Shown one piece after another: positions 36,801-46,421 of a DNA stretch of 64,000 nt. Position 1 is the first letter of the stretch; the number at the start of each line of letters is the position of its first letter. Source of the DNA: Deltaproteobacteria bacterium (GTDB taxonomy: Bacteria; Desulfobacterota; Desulfuromonadia; Desulfuromonadales; BM103); the NCBI GenBank assembly GCA_019313185.1, contig JAFDBS010000140.1:377-64376 (forward strand), read 5' to 3'. The notes under the pieces are model-generated. The model did no database searches. It was not told where the DNA came from and saw only the letters and a list, made by a program, of their open reading frames with translations. Both the position numbers and the translations under genes were made by a program.

Positions 36801-37805
36801 TCAGCGGGAAATAAACGTCCCACGGCCATGGGCCGACGGAATGTCGGTTCCGTGGATAGCTGAATGGCAATCTGTGCATCGCGCATAAAAAGCCTGTTTC
36901 ATGCCAATCGAGCCGGAAACCGGGTCATCGCTGGTCAACGCCCCGCTTGGTGATAAAGTCCCATGATGGCCGGCATGGCATTGCAGGCATAAAAACGGTT
37001 GTGAAACTTGCAGCAAAGGGTCATTCGGCGAACCGTGAGGGGTGTGGCAGTTCGTACACGTTTCTGTTACGTCGGCGTGTTCGTAAACAAAAGGACCCTG
37101 ATATTCCATGTGGCAGCGTGTACAGGTGTCCTTGACCGTTAGCCCATTCAGGCTGTTCTCTTGGGTTGAGCCATGCGGGTTATGGCAATCGGAGCATATC
37201 ATTTTGTGCTCTCTTACCGGATGGTGTGAAAATTGGGCAAACTCCATTTTGACGTCTTGATGACAGGACAGGCAGAGTTCTTGCTGCTCTAGACGACTGA
37301 CTTTCTGCTCCGGTCCCTTGTGCAACTGGTGGCAGTCAAAACAGCTGACGTCGCTGGTCGCATGCGCACTGGCTGTCCAGTTGTGCAAATTAGGCGTCGA
37401 TGCTGCAGAATGGCATTTTAAACAGATCATGGACTGGGCTTGACTTGGGAACTCATCAAGAGGCAAAAGTGTTTTGAAATCGCATTTGTCGGTCTCGTGT
37501 GCGTTCTCGACCGCCTGGCTGCCCGGGCCGTGGCAAGACTCGCAATTAACCAAAGGCAAGCCTGTCTCTTCGGAGATCTGGTCGCCATGCACCGAATGTT
37601 TGAAGTCCTGGGCGATTTTGTCGTGTTTATGACATTTTTTCAGGCAGTTTTCATCGCCAATATAGTTCGCATCCAGATTTCCGACGAGCAAACGCTCGTA
37701 GTCTGCGATGGGGGCGATTGGATGTGCTGAGCGAAGGGTCGTCAGGTCGGTGCAGGCTAAAAGGGAAATCATTGCACAAAAGCACAACAAAAAAACATAT
37801 CGCAC
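36801..37805 (-). CDS. Decaheme c-type cytochrome, MtrA/DmsE-like, with lipoprotein signal
   Basis: Nine CXXCH motifs (CESCH, CLKCH, CFDCH, CLSCH, CSDCH, CTRCH, CTNCH, CLQCH, CTDCH) plus one CX3CH (CLKKCH). GTG 37805 behind AGGAGA gives MRYVFLLCFCAMISLLAC, which is a lipobox. The ORF-track ATG 37877 has no SD. Confidence 0.85.
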   Translation of the reverse strand: MRYVFLLCFCAMISLLACTDLTTLRSAHPIAPIADYERLLVGNLDANYIGDENCLKKCHKHDKIAQDFKHSVHGDQISEETGLPLVNCESCHGPGSQAVENAHETDKCDFKTLLPLDEFPSQAQSMICLKCHSAASTPNLHNWTASAHATSDVSCFDCHQLHKGPEQKVSRLEQQELCLSCHQDVKMEFAQFSHHPVREHKMICSDCHNPHGSTQENSLNGLTVKDTCTRCHMEYQGPFVYEHADVTETCTNCHTPHGSPNDPLLQVSQPFLCLQCHAGHHGTLSPSGALTSDDPVSGSIGMKQAFYARCTDCHSAIHGTDIPSAHGRGTFISR

Positions 37806-38048
37806 GATCTGGTCTCCTGATGAGCATCGGGCACGATGAAAAACCAATCCGTCTTCAGACGCTTGGTTAAATTTCATTCATTCACCGCTCAGTATGAAGA
37901 TTTTTCCAGCCGGAATCAAGCCAAACATTCAAATAAAATTGAGATTTTACAGCCGAAGGGACTAATTTTGGAGCACTCAAAAGCCTAAAAAGGGTCGAGC
38001 GCCAAACATCAACCGGTGTTAGGAATGGAGAGATCGGCAGATTTGCGT

Positions 38049-38139
38049 TATAATAGAGGTGAAGGATGTTCGGGGAACTGGACGCAGTTCCCTGCTTCGC
38101 CCTGGAAGACTTGCCCTCCTGGTCTCCAGGGTGTTTTTT
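38049..38139 (+). ncRNA. Candidate small transcript: orphan promoter-like element plus intrinsic terminator
   Basis: A perfect TATAAT (38049-38054), with TGGAGA 17 nt upstream. Two hairpins follow: GGGAACTG/CAGTTCCC at 38073-38092 and CCCTGGA/TCCAGGG at 38100-38131. They are followed by TGTTTTTT. No plus-strand gene lies upstream. Confidence 0.25.
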
Positions 38140-38148
38140 GTCAAGGAT

Positions 38149-38589
38149 TTAAGAGTCGGTGGCAGACTGGACCGGGAGCTTGGTGTTTTGGTCAGCAGCA
38201 AGACTGGCAAAATCGTATTTGTCGAGCAACTGCATGAAATCAGCGCGGATTTTTTTCCAGGCACCGTGAACCGGGCAGAAAAATTCGCGATTGCAATTGC
38301 CCTCTTTGACAAGGCATTGGTTCAGATAGACGGGGCCTTCCTGGGTTTTGATTATATCGAGCAGCGTGATGTCTGCAGGATTCTTGGCGAGGAAAAAGCC
38401 GCCACCAACACCGCGTTGTGAGCCAACGATCCCCTCTTTGATCAGGGGTTGTAAAATTTTGGTCAAAAAAGCCGGCGTAATGTCCTGAGCTTCGCAAATG
38501 TCGCGTTTGTAGACGATCTCGCCTTTCGGCTGGCGAGACATGTAAAGGATTGCTCGAATTGCATATTCCGTAGCGCGAGTAATAACCAA
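38149..38589 (-). CDS. Rrf2-family transcriptional regulator
   Basis: MVITRATEYAIRAILYM... is a winged helix of the Rrf2 type, followed by SQRGVGGGFFLAK and a C-terminal Cys cluster (C...CNREFFC). Confidence 0.9.
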   Translation of the reverse strand: MVITRATEYAIRAILYMSRQPKGEIVYKRDICEAQDITPAFLTKILQPLIKEGIVGSQRGVGGGFFLAKNPADITLLDIIKTQEGPVYLNQCLVKEGNCNREFFCPVHGAWKKIRADFMQLLDKYDFASLAADQNTKLPVQSATDS

Positions 38590-38789
38590 AACGCACCCCC
38601 TGAGCTAACTATTCTTGACAAGTTTTGTAATCAAATAGCGGATTTAAACTGTTTTGTCAATGCTTGATGCGCATGTGTGAAAATTTCGGGCGAGTCTGTA
38701 GGCTTGACACAGTTTGATTTAAGTCGGCAGAATTGTAGGGTCTGTGTACATTAATCTGTTCCACTTAGATAGAGAGGGCGGGTTCACAC

Positions 38790-39710
38790 ATGTCAGCGCC
38801 AGTGGTGGGTCGTTTTGCTCCAAGCCCGACCGGTCCGTTGCATTTTGGATCTTTGATCGCGGCTGTCGGCAGCTATTGCCTTGCTCGCAAGCACAAAGGT
38901 CTCTGGTTGTTGCGCATGGAAGACCTGGACACACCCCGTGTTGTTCCCGGTGCTGCTGACGATATCCTGCGGACTCTCGACGCTTTCGGCTTGCATTGGG
39001 ACGGCGAGATTGTTTGGCAAAGCCAGCGGATTGATGCATACCAATCGGCCCTCGAAAAACTGCAGGAAGGCGGCAGGCTTTTTGCCTGCGGCTGCTCACG
39101 CAAAGAAGTGATCGCCAGCGCTCCTCATCCGGGAGAAGAAGGTCCGGTCTATGCTGGAACATGCCGCAGAGGTCTTCGGCCTGGTCGCAAGCCACGTTCT
39201 TTACGCCTGCACGTCCCGGAAGAACGGATCTGCTTTACTGATGGTGTCTATGGGGCAGTGCAGCAAGTGCTGTCCCGGTCGGTAGGTGATTTTGTGCTGC
39301 GACGTGCTGATGGGCTCTTTGCTTATCAGCTCGCGGTGGTTGTCGATGATTCGGCCAGCGGCGTGACTCAGGTTGTCCGTGGAGCAGACCTTCTGTCATC
39401 AACTCCTCGGCAGATTTACCTCCACGCATGTTTGGGGACAGCGTCACCAACCTACTACCATTTGCCCCTGGCAGTCGATTCCCAAGGTGAGAAAATCAGC
39501 AAACGCCATGGCCCTATCTCCGTAGGGCACGAGTCCCTGGATTGTGGCCTGCTGCAGGAGGTCTTGCGCTTTCTGGGACAATCCGTGCCAAAAGAGCTCG
39601 CCTTGGCACCAGCGCGCGAGGTTTTGCGATGGGCTGAATGCTGCTTTGATCAGCAGAGAATTCCCGCTAACCTTGATGGATTGTATGTCAAAGTCGAAAA
39701 ATTTGTATAA
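38790..39710 (+). CDS. gluQ: Glutamyl-Q tRNA(Asp) synthetase
   Basis: GRFAPSPTGPLHFGSL (HIGH-type), truncated GluRS catalytic domain length (306 aa) and KISKRHG. Confidence 0.88.
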   Translation: MSAPVVGRFAPSPTGPLHFGSLIAAVGSYCLARKHKGLWLLRMEDLDTPRVVPGAADDILRTLDAFGLHWDGEIVWQSQRIDAYQSALEKLQEGGRLFACGCSRKEVIASAPHPGEEGPVYAGTCRRGLRPGRKPRSLRLHVPEERICFTDGVYGAVQQVLSRSVGDFVLRRADGLFAYQLAVVVDDSASGVTQVVRGADLLSSTPRQIYLHACLGTASPTYYHLPLAVDSQGEKISKRHGPISVGHESLDCGLLQEVLRFLGQSVPKELALAPAREVLRWAECCFDQQRIPANLDGLYVKVEKFV

Positions 39711-40053
39711 ATCTGATTGACAGCAGGACAAAAAGCCGCTACATATACAAATGTTGTGGCTCGACCTCCCTCGAACGACTCGACAAAAAATTAACTATAT
39801 ATCCCATTCATTAGAGAATCCGAACACCACATACATTTTCTGCCTATTGACAATACGAGATGCTCTGGCAAAAGGCTTATTGGGTCTGCCAGTTGTTTAA
39901 GACCTTCCTATAAACGACTCAATTCGAATAAATAGCGAGTTCTGGATTAAACGAAGATTTCTGAAAATCAAACTTTTGCATGAATTTCGGCCAAAAAAGG
40001 TGGGGGCTTTCTTTAGGCGCACTTTTTTGAAAACGTCCGTTTAAGGAGAAAGA

Positions 40054-41301
40054 ATGAATCTGAAAGAACTGAAGGAAAAAAAGATCACCGAACTCTCGGC
40101 CATTGCCAAAGATCTGGCATTGGAAGGGGCCTCGGGGATGCGCAAGCAAGACTTGATTTTTGCCATTTTAAACGCCACTTCAGCCAAAAATGGGGCCATT
40201 TTCGGCGAAGGGGTCCTCGAAATTCTCCCCGATGGGTTTGGTTTTCTGAGAGCTCCGGATGCGAACTACCTGCCCGGCCCAGATGACATTTATGTGTCGC
40301 CCTCACAGATTCGTCGTTTCAACCTCAAGACTGGTGACACGGTCTCAGGCCAAATTCGCCCCCCCAAGGAAGGAGAGCGTTATTTTGCTCTGCTCAAAGT
40401 TGCAGAAGTCAATTTTGAGGATCCGTCCGTTGCACGCGACAAGACGTTATTCGACAATTTAACTCCCCTCTATCCAGAGGACGGATTGACCCTTGAAACA
40501 ACGAGTGAAAACCTTTCGGCTCGCGTCATTGACCTGGTTGCGCCAGTTGGCAAAGGGCAGCGCGCTCTGATTGTTGCCCCGCCACGCACCGGGAAAACCA
40601 TGTTGCTGCAGAATATCGCCAACTCGATCACGGCCAACCACCCTGAAGTCTACCTCATTGTGTTGCTTATCGATGAACGCCCTGAAGAGGTCACCGATAT
40701 GCAGCGGTCGGTCGATGGCGAAGTGATCTCCTCGACCTTTGACGAACCTGCGACCCGCCACGTTCAGGTTGCCGAAATGGTTATCGAAAAGGCCAAGCGC
40801 CTGGTTGAGCACAAGCGCGATGTTGTGATCCTGCTCGACTCCATAACGCGTTTGGCACGGGCGTACAATACGGTGGTCCCACCGTCTGGGAAAATCCTCT
40901 CCGGCGGAGTGGATTCTAACGCCTTACATAAACCGAAACGGTTTTTCGGTGCCGCCCGCAATATCGAGGAGGGGGGCAGCTTGACCATCATTGCCACAGC
41001 TCTGATAGATACCGGCAGCAAAATGGACGAAGTTATCTTTGAGGAATTCAAAGGGACGGGGAATTCGGAGCTGCATCTTGACCGCAAGCTCGTTGACAAA
41101 CGGACTTTCCCGGCAATAGATATTAATAAGTCAGGAACGCGCCGTGAAGAATTGTTGATCGAACAGACAACCTTGCAGAGAATTTGGCTTTTACGCAAGG
41201 TGTTAAGCACCATGAACGTTGTCGACAGCATGGAGTTCCTGCTTGAAAAGTTGGGCGAAACCAAAACCAATGCCGAGTTCTTCGAGAGCATGAACCAATA
41301 G
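40054..41301 (+). CDS. rho: Transcription termination factor Rho
   Basis: [14 protein letters not shown]..., an RNA-binding OB domain, the Walker A motif PPRTGKT, and Q/R loops. 415 aa. Confidence 0.97.
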   Translation: MNLKELKEKKITELSAIAKDLALEGASGMRKQDLIFAILNATSAKNGAIFGEGVLEILPDGFGFLRAPDANYLPGPDDIYVSPSQIRRFNLKTGDTVSGQIRPPKEGERYFALLKVAEVNFEDPSVARDKTLFDNLTPLYPEDGLTLETTSENLSARVIDLVAPVGKGQRALIVAPPRTGKTMLLQNIANSITANHPEVYLIVLLIDERPEEVTDMQRSVDGEVISSTFDEPATRHVQVAEMVIEKAKRLVEHKRDVVILLDSITRLARAYNTVVPPSGKILSGGVDSNALHKPKRFFGAARNIEEGGSLTIIATALIDTGSKMDEVIFEEFKGTGNSELHLDRKLVDKRTFPAIDINKSGTRREELLIEQTTLQRIWLLRKVLSTMNVVDSMEFLLEKLGETKTNAEFFESMNQ

Positions 41302-41413
41302 GTACGCAAAACATTTGCAATTGCTCGGCAATAGTGATAATAAGTCAAGCCTTTACAGAGCTCAGCCTAAAACCTTCTGCCTGTACGAAGCCAGGCACGA
41401 CGAGGAGATTGTG

Positions 41414-41617
41414 ATGAAAGAGGGAATTCACCCAAAATACGAGCCCGCAACAGTTAAATGCCATTGTGGCAACACCTTTGAGACCCGCTCTACCAAGCCA
41501 AAAGAAATCACCACAGAAATTTGTTCCGCCTGCCACCCGTTCTTTACAGGTAAGCAGAAGCTGATCGATACTGCTGGTCGAATAGAACGCTTTCGTAAGA
41601 AATACGAGAAACAGTAA
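41414..41617 (+). CDS. rpmE: 50S ribosomal protein L31
   Basis: [27 protein letters not shown]...[10 protein letters not shown]. Confidence 0.95.
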   Translation: MKEGIHPKYEPATVKCHCGNTFETRSTKPKEITTEICSACHPFFTGKQKLIDTAGRIERFRKKYEKQ

Positions 41618-41627
41618 GCGATCGTCC

Positions 41628-41657
41628 GGGACGACCCGGTGGGGTCGTCCCTTTTTT
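41628..41657 (+). terminator. Intrinsic terminator after rpmE
   Basis: GGGACGACCC, loop GGTG, GGGTCGTCCC, then TTTTTT. Confidence 0.75.
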
Positions 41658-41755
41658 GCGAGCAAATCCAGTGCTTTAATTTTCCTTTGTTCCGCGTCCC
41701 TGCCGGGACAAGGTCTGTTCCCCGGATGACGTGGTGACAAGGCGGTTTCACAGCC

Positions 41756-42481
41756 ATGCGCGTCCAACTCTTGAGTTACACCCCACAGCCTGAACAAGTC
41801 GTTGCAGCTGCTGCGCGCCTTTGTTATTCAGATTCGACGATTGATCATCTGCTCGGCCAGGCTGAGGAGCAAATCGCCAAACTGCTCGCCAAAATCCTCG
41901 AATTGGGTCACTACTCTGTTCTGGAACATGCCTCATTCACTTTCGGCATCGAGGGGATCAGTCGAGCGTGCTCTCACCAGTTGGTCCGGCACCGGATTGC
42001 ATCGTTTTCCCAGCAAAGTCAGCGATACGTATCGCATGAAACGCAGTTTCATGCTGTGACCCCGCCAAGCATCGCCGCCGATCCGGTGCTGAAAGCCAAA
42101 TTTGAGGGGTTTTTGACAGAGACACACCGTGTCTACAGCGAGCTTTTAGCCGCCGGGATCCCGGCCGAAGATGCTCGATTTGTCCTGCCGAATGCCGCGG
42201 CGACCAAATTGGTGATGACCATGAATGCCCGGGAGCTTCACCATTTCTTTGCGTTGCGTTGTTGCCGGCGGGCCCAGTGGGAAATTCGGCTCATGGCCAA
42301 AGAAATGCTCCTGTTGGCGCGCAAGTCCGCTCCATTGCTGTTTAAAGATGCCGGGCCAGGCTGCTTGCGCGGCGCATGCCCTGAGGGGTCAATGACGTGT
42401 GGCAAGGCTGTGGAAGTCAGAAATGAATATCAGCACATTAACATCAGTTTGCAAAACCAAGATGAACGAAGCGATTCATGA
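41756..42481 (+). CDS. thyX: FAD-dependent thymidylate synthase
   Basis: The ThyX signature [14 protein letters not shown] is present. 241 aa. Confidence 0.92.
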   Translation: MRVQLLSYTPQPEQVVAAAARLCYSDSTIDHLLGQAEEQIAKLLAKILELGHYSVLEHASFTFGIEGISRACSHQLVRHRIASFSQQSQRYVSHETQFHAVTPPSIAADPVLKAKFEGFLTETHRVYSELLAAGIPAEDARFVLPNAAATKLVMTMNARELHHFFALRCCRRAQWEIRLMAKEMLLLARKSAPLLFKDAGPGCLRGACPEGSMTCGKAVEVRNEYQHINISLQNQDERSDS

Positions 42482-43545
42482 TCAATAAACTTGAAGAAGT
42501 TGCCGATCGTTATCGGGAGATCGAAGGACTTCTGGCCGATCCAAAGGTGCTCAGCGATCAGAGCCGATACAGGACGTTATCCAAAGAACATGCTGATCTC
42601 AGCGAGTTAATGACGACCTACCAGCGTTACTGCAAGGTCAGCGCTGAACTCGCTGACAGCAAACAGCTGTTGGGGGATTCCGACTCAGATGTCAGGGAGA
42701 TGGCGCGTGCGGAGGTTGAAAGCCTCGATCAGGCGCTGCTGCAGCTGGAGGAGCAACTAAAATTGCTCATGTTGCCCAAAGATCCCAATGACGAACGGAA
42801 TATCATCCTTGAAATCCGGGCAGGCACAGGTGGCGACGAGGCAGCGCTGTTTGCTGGCGAACTGTTTCGCATGTACTGTCGGTTTTCCGAAGCCCAGGGC
42901 TGGAAAGTCGAGGTCCTCAGTTCTGCAGAGGCTGAAGTCGGCGGTTTTAAAGAGGTCGTCGCTTTGGTCACCGGCAAAGGTGCCTATTCCAAGTTCAAGT
43001 ACGAAAGCGGCACGCATCGTGTTCAGCGCGTTCCCGAGACTGAGGCCCAGGGCCGGATTCACACCTCGGCGTGCACTGTGGCGGTTTTACCTGAAGCCGA
43101 AGACGTTGAAGTTGAGATTGACCCATCCGACCTGCGGATTGATCTTTATCGGGCCTCGGGTGCCGGCGGCCAGCATGTGAACAAGACCGAATCAGCCGTT
43201 CGCATTACACATATCCCAACGGGCGTTGTGGTCTCCTGCCAGGATGAGAAGTCCCAACACAAAAACAAGGCCAAGGCCATGAAGGTTTTGCAGTCTCGCC
43301 TGCTTGACACCATGCAGGCCGAACAACAGGCCAAAATGGCCGCTGACCGGAAAAGTCAGGTTGGCAGCGGTGACCGCTCTGAACGGATTCGCACCTACAA
43401 CTTTCCCCAGGGCCGCTGCACAGATCATCGAATCGGCCTGACACTGTACAAGCTTGAAGCGATCATGGAGGGGGACTTGATCGAAATCATTGACGCTCTG
43501 ACCACGCACTACCAAGCAGAACTGATGGCCGGCCAGGAGTCCTGA
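42478..43545 (+). CDS. prfA: Peptide chain release factor 1
   Basis: An RF1-type PET tripeptide (RVPETE; canonical RF1 motif is PxT) and [19 protein letters not shown] (GGQ). Confidence 0.97.
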   Translation: MINKLEEVADRYREIEGLLADPKVLSDQSRYRTLSKEHADLSELMTTYQRYCKVSAELADSKQLLGDSDSDVREMARAEVESLDQALLQLEEQLKLLMLPKDPNDERNIILEIRAGTGGDEAALFAGELFRMYCRFSEAQGWKVEVLSSAEAEVGGFKEVVALVTGKGAYSKFKYESGTHRVQRVPETEAQGRIHTSACTVAVLPEAEDVEVEIDPSDLRIDLYRASGAGGQHVNKTESAVRITHIPTGVVVSCQDEKSQHKNKAKAMKVLQSRLLDTMQAEQQAKMAADRKSQVGSGDRSERIRTYNFPQGRCTDHRIGLTLYKLEAIMEGDLIEIIDALTTHYQAELMAGQES

Positions 43546-43547
43546 GA

Positions 43548-44396
43548 TTGGCAAGTCGCTGGACGGTTCTCAACATTCTGAAAAAAACCGCAGATTATTT
43601 TGGTGACCGGGAGATCCTGTCACCACGGCTTGACGCAGAATTGTTGTTGGCCGATACGCTGGGCCTCGACCGGGTCGGGCTTTACGTCAATTTCGACAGA
43701 CCCCTGAATGCCGAAGAGTTGGACCACTTTCGCGAGCGAGTTCGTCGCCGTGCGCACCACGAGCCAGTGCAATATATCCTCGGCAGGACAGAGTTTTGGT
43801 CACTCGACTTGACCGTCAACGAATCTGTCCTCATACCACGTGCGGATACCGAGGTTTTGGTAGAGGAAGTGCTGGCAGTGGCTGATGGCCGTCAAAGAAT
43901 ATTGGATGTTGGCACCGGGAGCTGAGCGGTGGCGATTGCCTTGGCTTCGGAACGGCCCGATTTCGAACTGTCGGCGATTGACCTGTGCCCTGAGGCTTTG
44001 CTGGTCGCCAAAAACAATGCAGAAGCCCATCAGCTCGGCGAGCGCATCGAATTCCAATGTGCCGACTTGGCAGACCTGCCACCGGGTCCGTTTGACCTGG
44101 TGGTCAGCAATCCGCCTTATATCACCAGCGACGAATGGGCGGGGCTGATGCCCGAGGTGCGTGATTATGAGCCGAGACTGGCACTTGACGGTGGCGAAGA
44201 CGGGCTGACCGCTTACCGAAAACTGACCCGCCAGGTCGACCGAATCATGGCTCCTGGGGGCTGGCTTTTGGTTGAAGTGGGTGTCAATCAGGCCGAACCG
44301 GTTGCCGCACTGTTTGCCGCGGCCGGGTTGACAGAAATTCATACGCGCTGCGATTATGCCGGCCTCCCTCGTGTTGTCAGGGGGCGCAAAGTGTAA
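43548..44396 (+). pseudogene. prmC: Release-factor glutamine methyltransferase PrmC/HemK interrupted by one in-frame TGA
   Basis: A single reading frame gives ...RILDVGTGS*AVAIALAS...VSNPPYI.... The TGA at 43923-43925 replaces the last Gly of the SAM motif GTGSG. Both halves are otherwise intact. Confidence 0.85.
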
Positions 44397-44402
44397 TAGA
44401 TT

Positions 44403-45656
44403 ATGGACAAACTGATTATTCATGGCGGACGGCCGCTAAATGGGGAGGTGCAAGTCAGTGGCGCGAAAAATGCGGCCTTGCCGCTGATGTTTGCCACGCT
44501 TTTGGCCAGAGGTTGCCACAAGTTGACGAATCTGCCCCGGTTAAGGGATATTCGGACTGCAGAAAAGCTCCTGGTTGAACTTGGCGCCGGGAGCGAAACG
44601 GTTCCGGGTGGCCTGCATATTCATACGAACGGGTTGGCACATTATGAAGCCCCATACGAATTGGTCCGCACGATGCGTGCGTCGGTGCTCGTCCTTGGGC
44701 CCTTGCTGGCCCGGCACGGCCGAGCACGGGTCAGTTTGCCCGGTGGCTGCGCAATCGGGGCGCGGCCAATTAACCTCCACCTGAAAGGCTTGGAGGCCAT
44801 GGGCGCGCAGATCACTCTCGACCATGGCTATGTCGAAGCCCGGGCCCAGCGGCTGAAAGGGGCACGCATCTACTTTGATTTGCCAACCGTCGGCGGGACT
44901 GAAAATCTGATGATGGCGGCCACATTGGCCAAAGGAACAACCGTTATCGAAAACGCAGCGCGGGAGCCAGAGATACTTGACCTGGCTCAGGCCTTGTGCA
45001 GTATGGGAGCACGGATCGAGGGTGCAGGGACCGATACGGTGGTCATTGAAGGGGTTGACGAGCTGCAGCCAATGAATTATCGGGTCATGGCCGATCGGAT
45101 TGAGGCCGGCACCTATCTGATCGGAGGGGCTTTGACTCATGGCCGCGTGCATGTTCTCGGCGCCCGCCCAGAACATCTCGAAGCTTTGCTCAGCAAACTC
45201 GAAGAAGCCGGAGCCAGGATCGACGTCGACAGCGAAGGGATAATTATCGAAGCTGTCGATGAGATTCGCGCAGTTAATATCCGCACCCAGCCGCACCCGG
45301 GGTTTCCGACCGACATGCAGGCGCAGTTCATGGCAATGATGAGTTGTGCTAACGGGACCAGCGTGATCAGTGAGACGGTGTTCGAAAACCGGTTTATGCA
45401 TGTCTGTGAGTTGCAGCGCATGGGTGCAGACATTTCGATTGACGGCCATACAGCGACGGTCAAAGGAGTCAGAAGACTTTTTGGCGCTCCGGTAATGGCC
45501 ACCGATTTACGGGCCAGTGCTTGTTTGGTCCTGGCCGGGTTGGCCGCAGACAACACCACCGAGCTTTCAAGGATTTATCATCTTGATCGTGGATATGAAA
45601 ACCTGGAAAAAAAGTTTCGTAGCCTCGGGGCCGATATCGAACGGGTTCCCGAATAA
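44403..45656 (+). CDS. murA: UDP-N-acetylglucosamine 1-carboxyvinyltransferase
   Basis: [27 protein letters not shown]... with full-length MurA similarity. 417 aa. Confidence 0.97.
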   Translation: MDKLIIHGGRPLNGEVQVSGAKNAALPLMFATLLARGCHKLTNLPRLRDIRTAEKLLVELGAGSETVPGGLHIHTNGLAHYEAPYELVRTMRASVLVLGPLLARHGRARVSLPGGCAIGARPINLHLKGLEAMGAQITLDHGYVEARAQRLKGARIYFDLPTVGGTENLMMAATLAKGTTVIENAAREPEILDLAQALCSMGARIEGAGTDTVVIEGVDELQPMNYRVMADRIEAGTYLIGGALTHGRVHVLGARPEHLEALLSKLEEAGARIDVDSEGIIIEAVDEIRAVNIRTQPHPGFPTDMQAQFMAMMSCANGTSVISETVFENRFMHVCELQRMGADISIDGHTATVKGVRRLFGAPVMATDLRASACLVLAGLAADNTTELSRIYHLDRGYENLEKKFRSLGADIERVPE

Positions 45657-45742
45657 ATTGAACGGGGATGCCTTATGGCCGTTGGCCACAGGGTAGCAAA
45701 ATCGTTTATCATGGAGACAGTTGATAGCAACCGGGTCGCCTT

Positions 45743-46405
45743 ATGAGTGATTATCTTACCTTTGCTCTGCCCAAAGGGCGGATCATGCAGGATTCCATGG
45801 AGTTGTTCGCCAAGGTCGGTGTGACCTGCCCCGAGATGGATAACCCGGGACGTAAGCTGGTTTTCGAAAACGCAAGAGACAAACTTCGATTCATGGCCGT
45901 TCGCGCGCAAGACGTGCCCACTTATGTCGAATATGGTTGTGCTGACCTCGGCGTGGTTGGGAAGGACACACTCTTGGAGCAGGGGCGGGACCTTTACGAA
46001 CCTCTCGATCTAAAATTTGGCTACTGCCGCATGGTTGTCGCCGAACCGAAGGCGCTGAGTCAAGACGATGATCCTGCAGGCTGGTCGAATATTCGCGTGG
46101 CCAGCAAATACCCAAACATCACCGAACGTTACTTTGCTGCCAAAGGCGTCCAGGTCGAGGTCATCAAATTGTACGGTTCGATCGAGCTCGCCCCTCTCGT
46201 CGGACTGTCCGAGCGAATTGTTGACCTGGTCTCAACCGGCGGGACACTGCGTGAAAACGGTTTGGTTGAAGTCGAGACCATTGTTGAGGTGACCAGCCGT
46301 CTGATTGTCAACCGCGCCAGTTTGAAAACAAAACACCGGAGAATTACCAAATTGATCGGCGATTTGGAACGCGAGGTTGAAGAGGCCCCGCGAATTTCCG
46401 GTTAG
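45743..46405 (+). CDS. hisG: ATP phosphoribosyltransferase, short form
   Basis: LTFALPKGRI..., DLVSTGGTLRENGL. 220 aa, the short HisG type. Confidence 0.93.
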   Translation: MSDYLTFALPKGRIMQDSMELFAKVGVTCPEMDNPGRKLVFENARDKLRFMAVRAQDVPTYVEYGCADLGVVGKDTLLEQGRDLYEPLDLKFGYCRMVVAEPKALSQDDDPAGWSNIRVASKYPNITERYFAAKGVQVEVIKLYGSIELAPLVGLSERIVDLVSTGGTLRENGLVEVETIVEVTSRLIVNRASLKTKHRRITKLIGDLEREVEEAPRISG

Positions 46406-46421
46406 TTTTGAAGGAGTCCGC

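Noticed and set aside
38016-38421. Plus-strand ORFs of 73 and 120 aa overlapping the Rrf2 gene
   Set aside because: They lie antisense to a clear Rrf2 regulator and run through an intrinsic terminator. Only the short upstream unit (38049-38139) is kept, as a candidate RNA.
43923-43925. Selenocysteine at the prmC TGA, considered because the genome encodes selU
   Set aside because: The codon replaces a glycine of the SAM-binding loop, not a redox Cys. I could not see a SECIS-like hairpin immediately downstream, and PrmC is not a known selenoprotein.
44541-45449. 302-aa minus-strand ORF
   Set aside because: It lies antisense within murA and its composition is low-complexity and Arg/Pro/Gly-rich, typical of a shadow frame. 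The same reasoning applies to 43800-44423 (prmC), 40764-41348 (rho), 50901-51518 (hisE/yqeY), 53463-54107 (mutS2), 54998-55555 (dnaG), 58206-59102 (Nif3-like gene and tRNA), 15071-15625 (ANTAR gene) and 25631-26305 (radical SAM gene).
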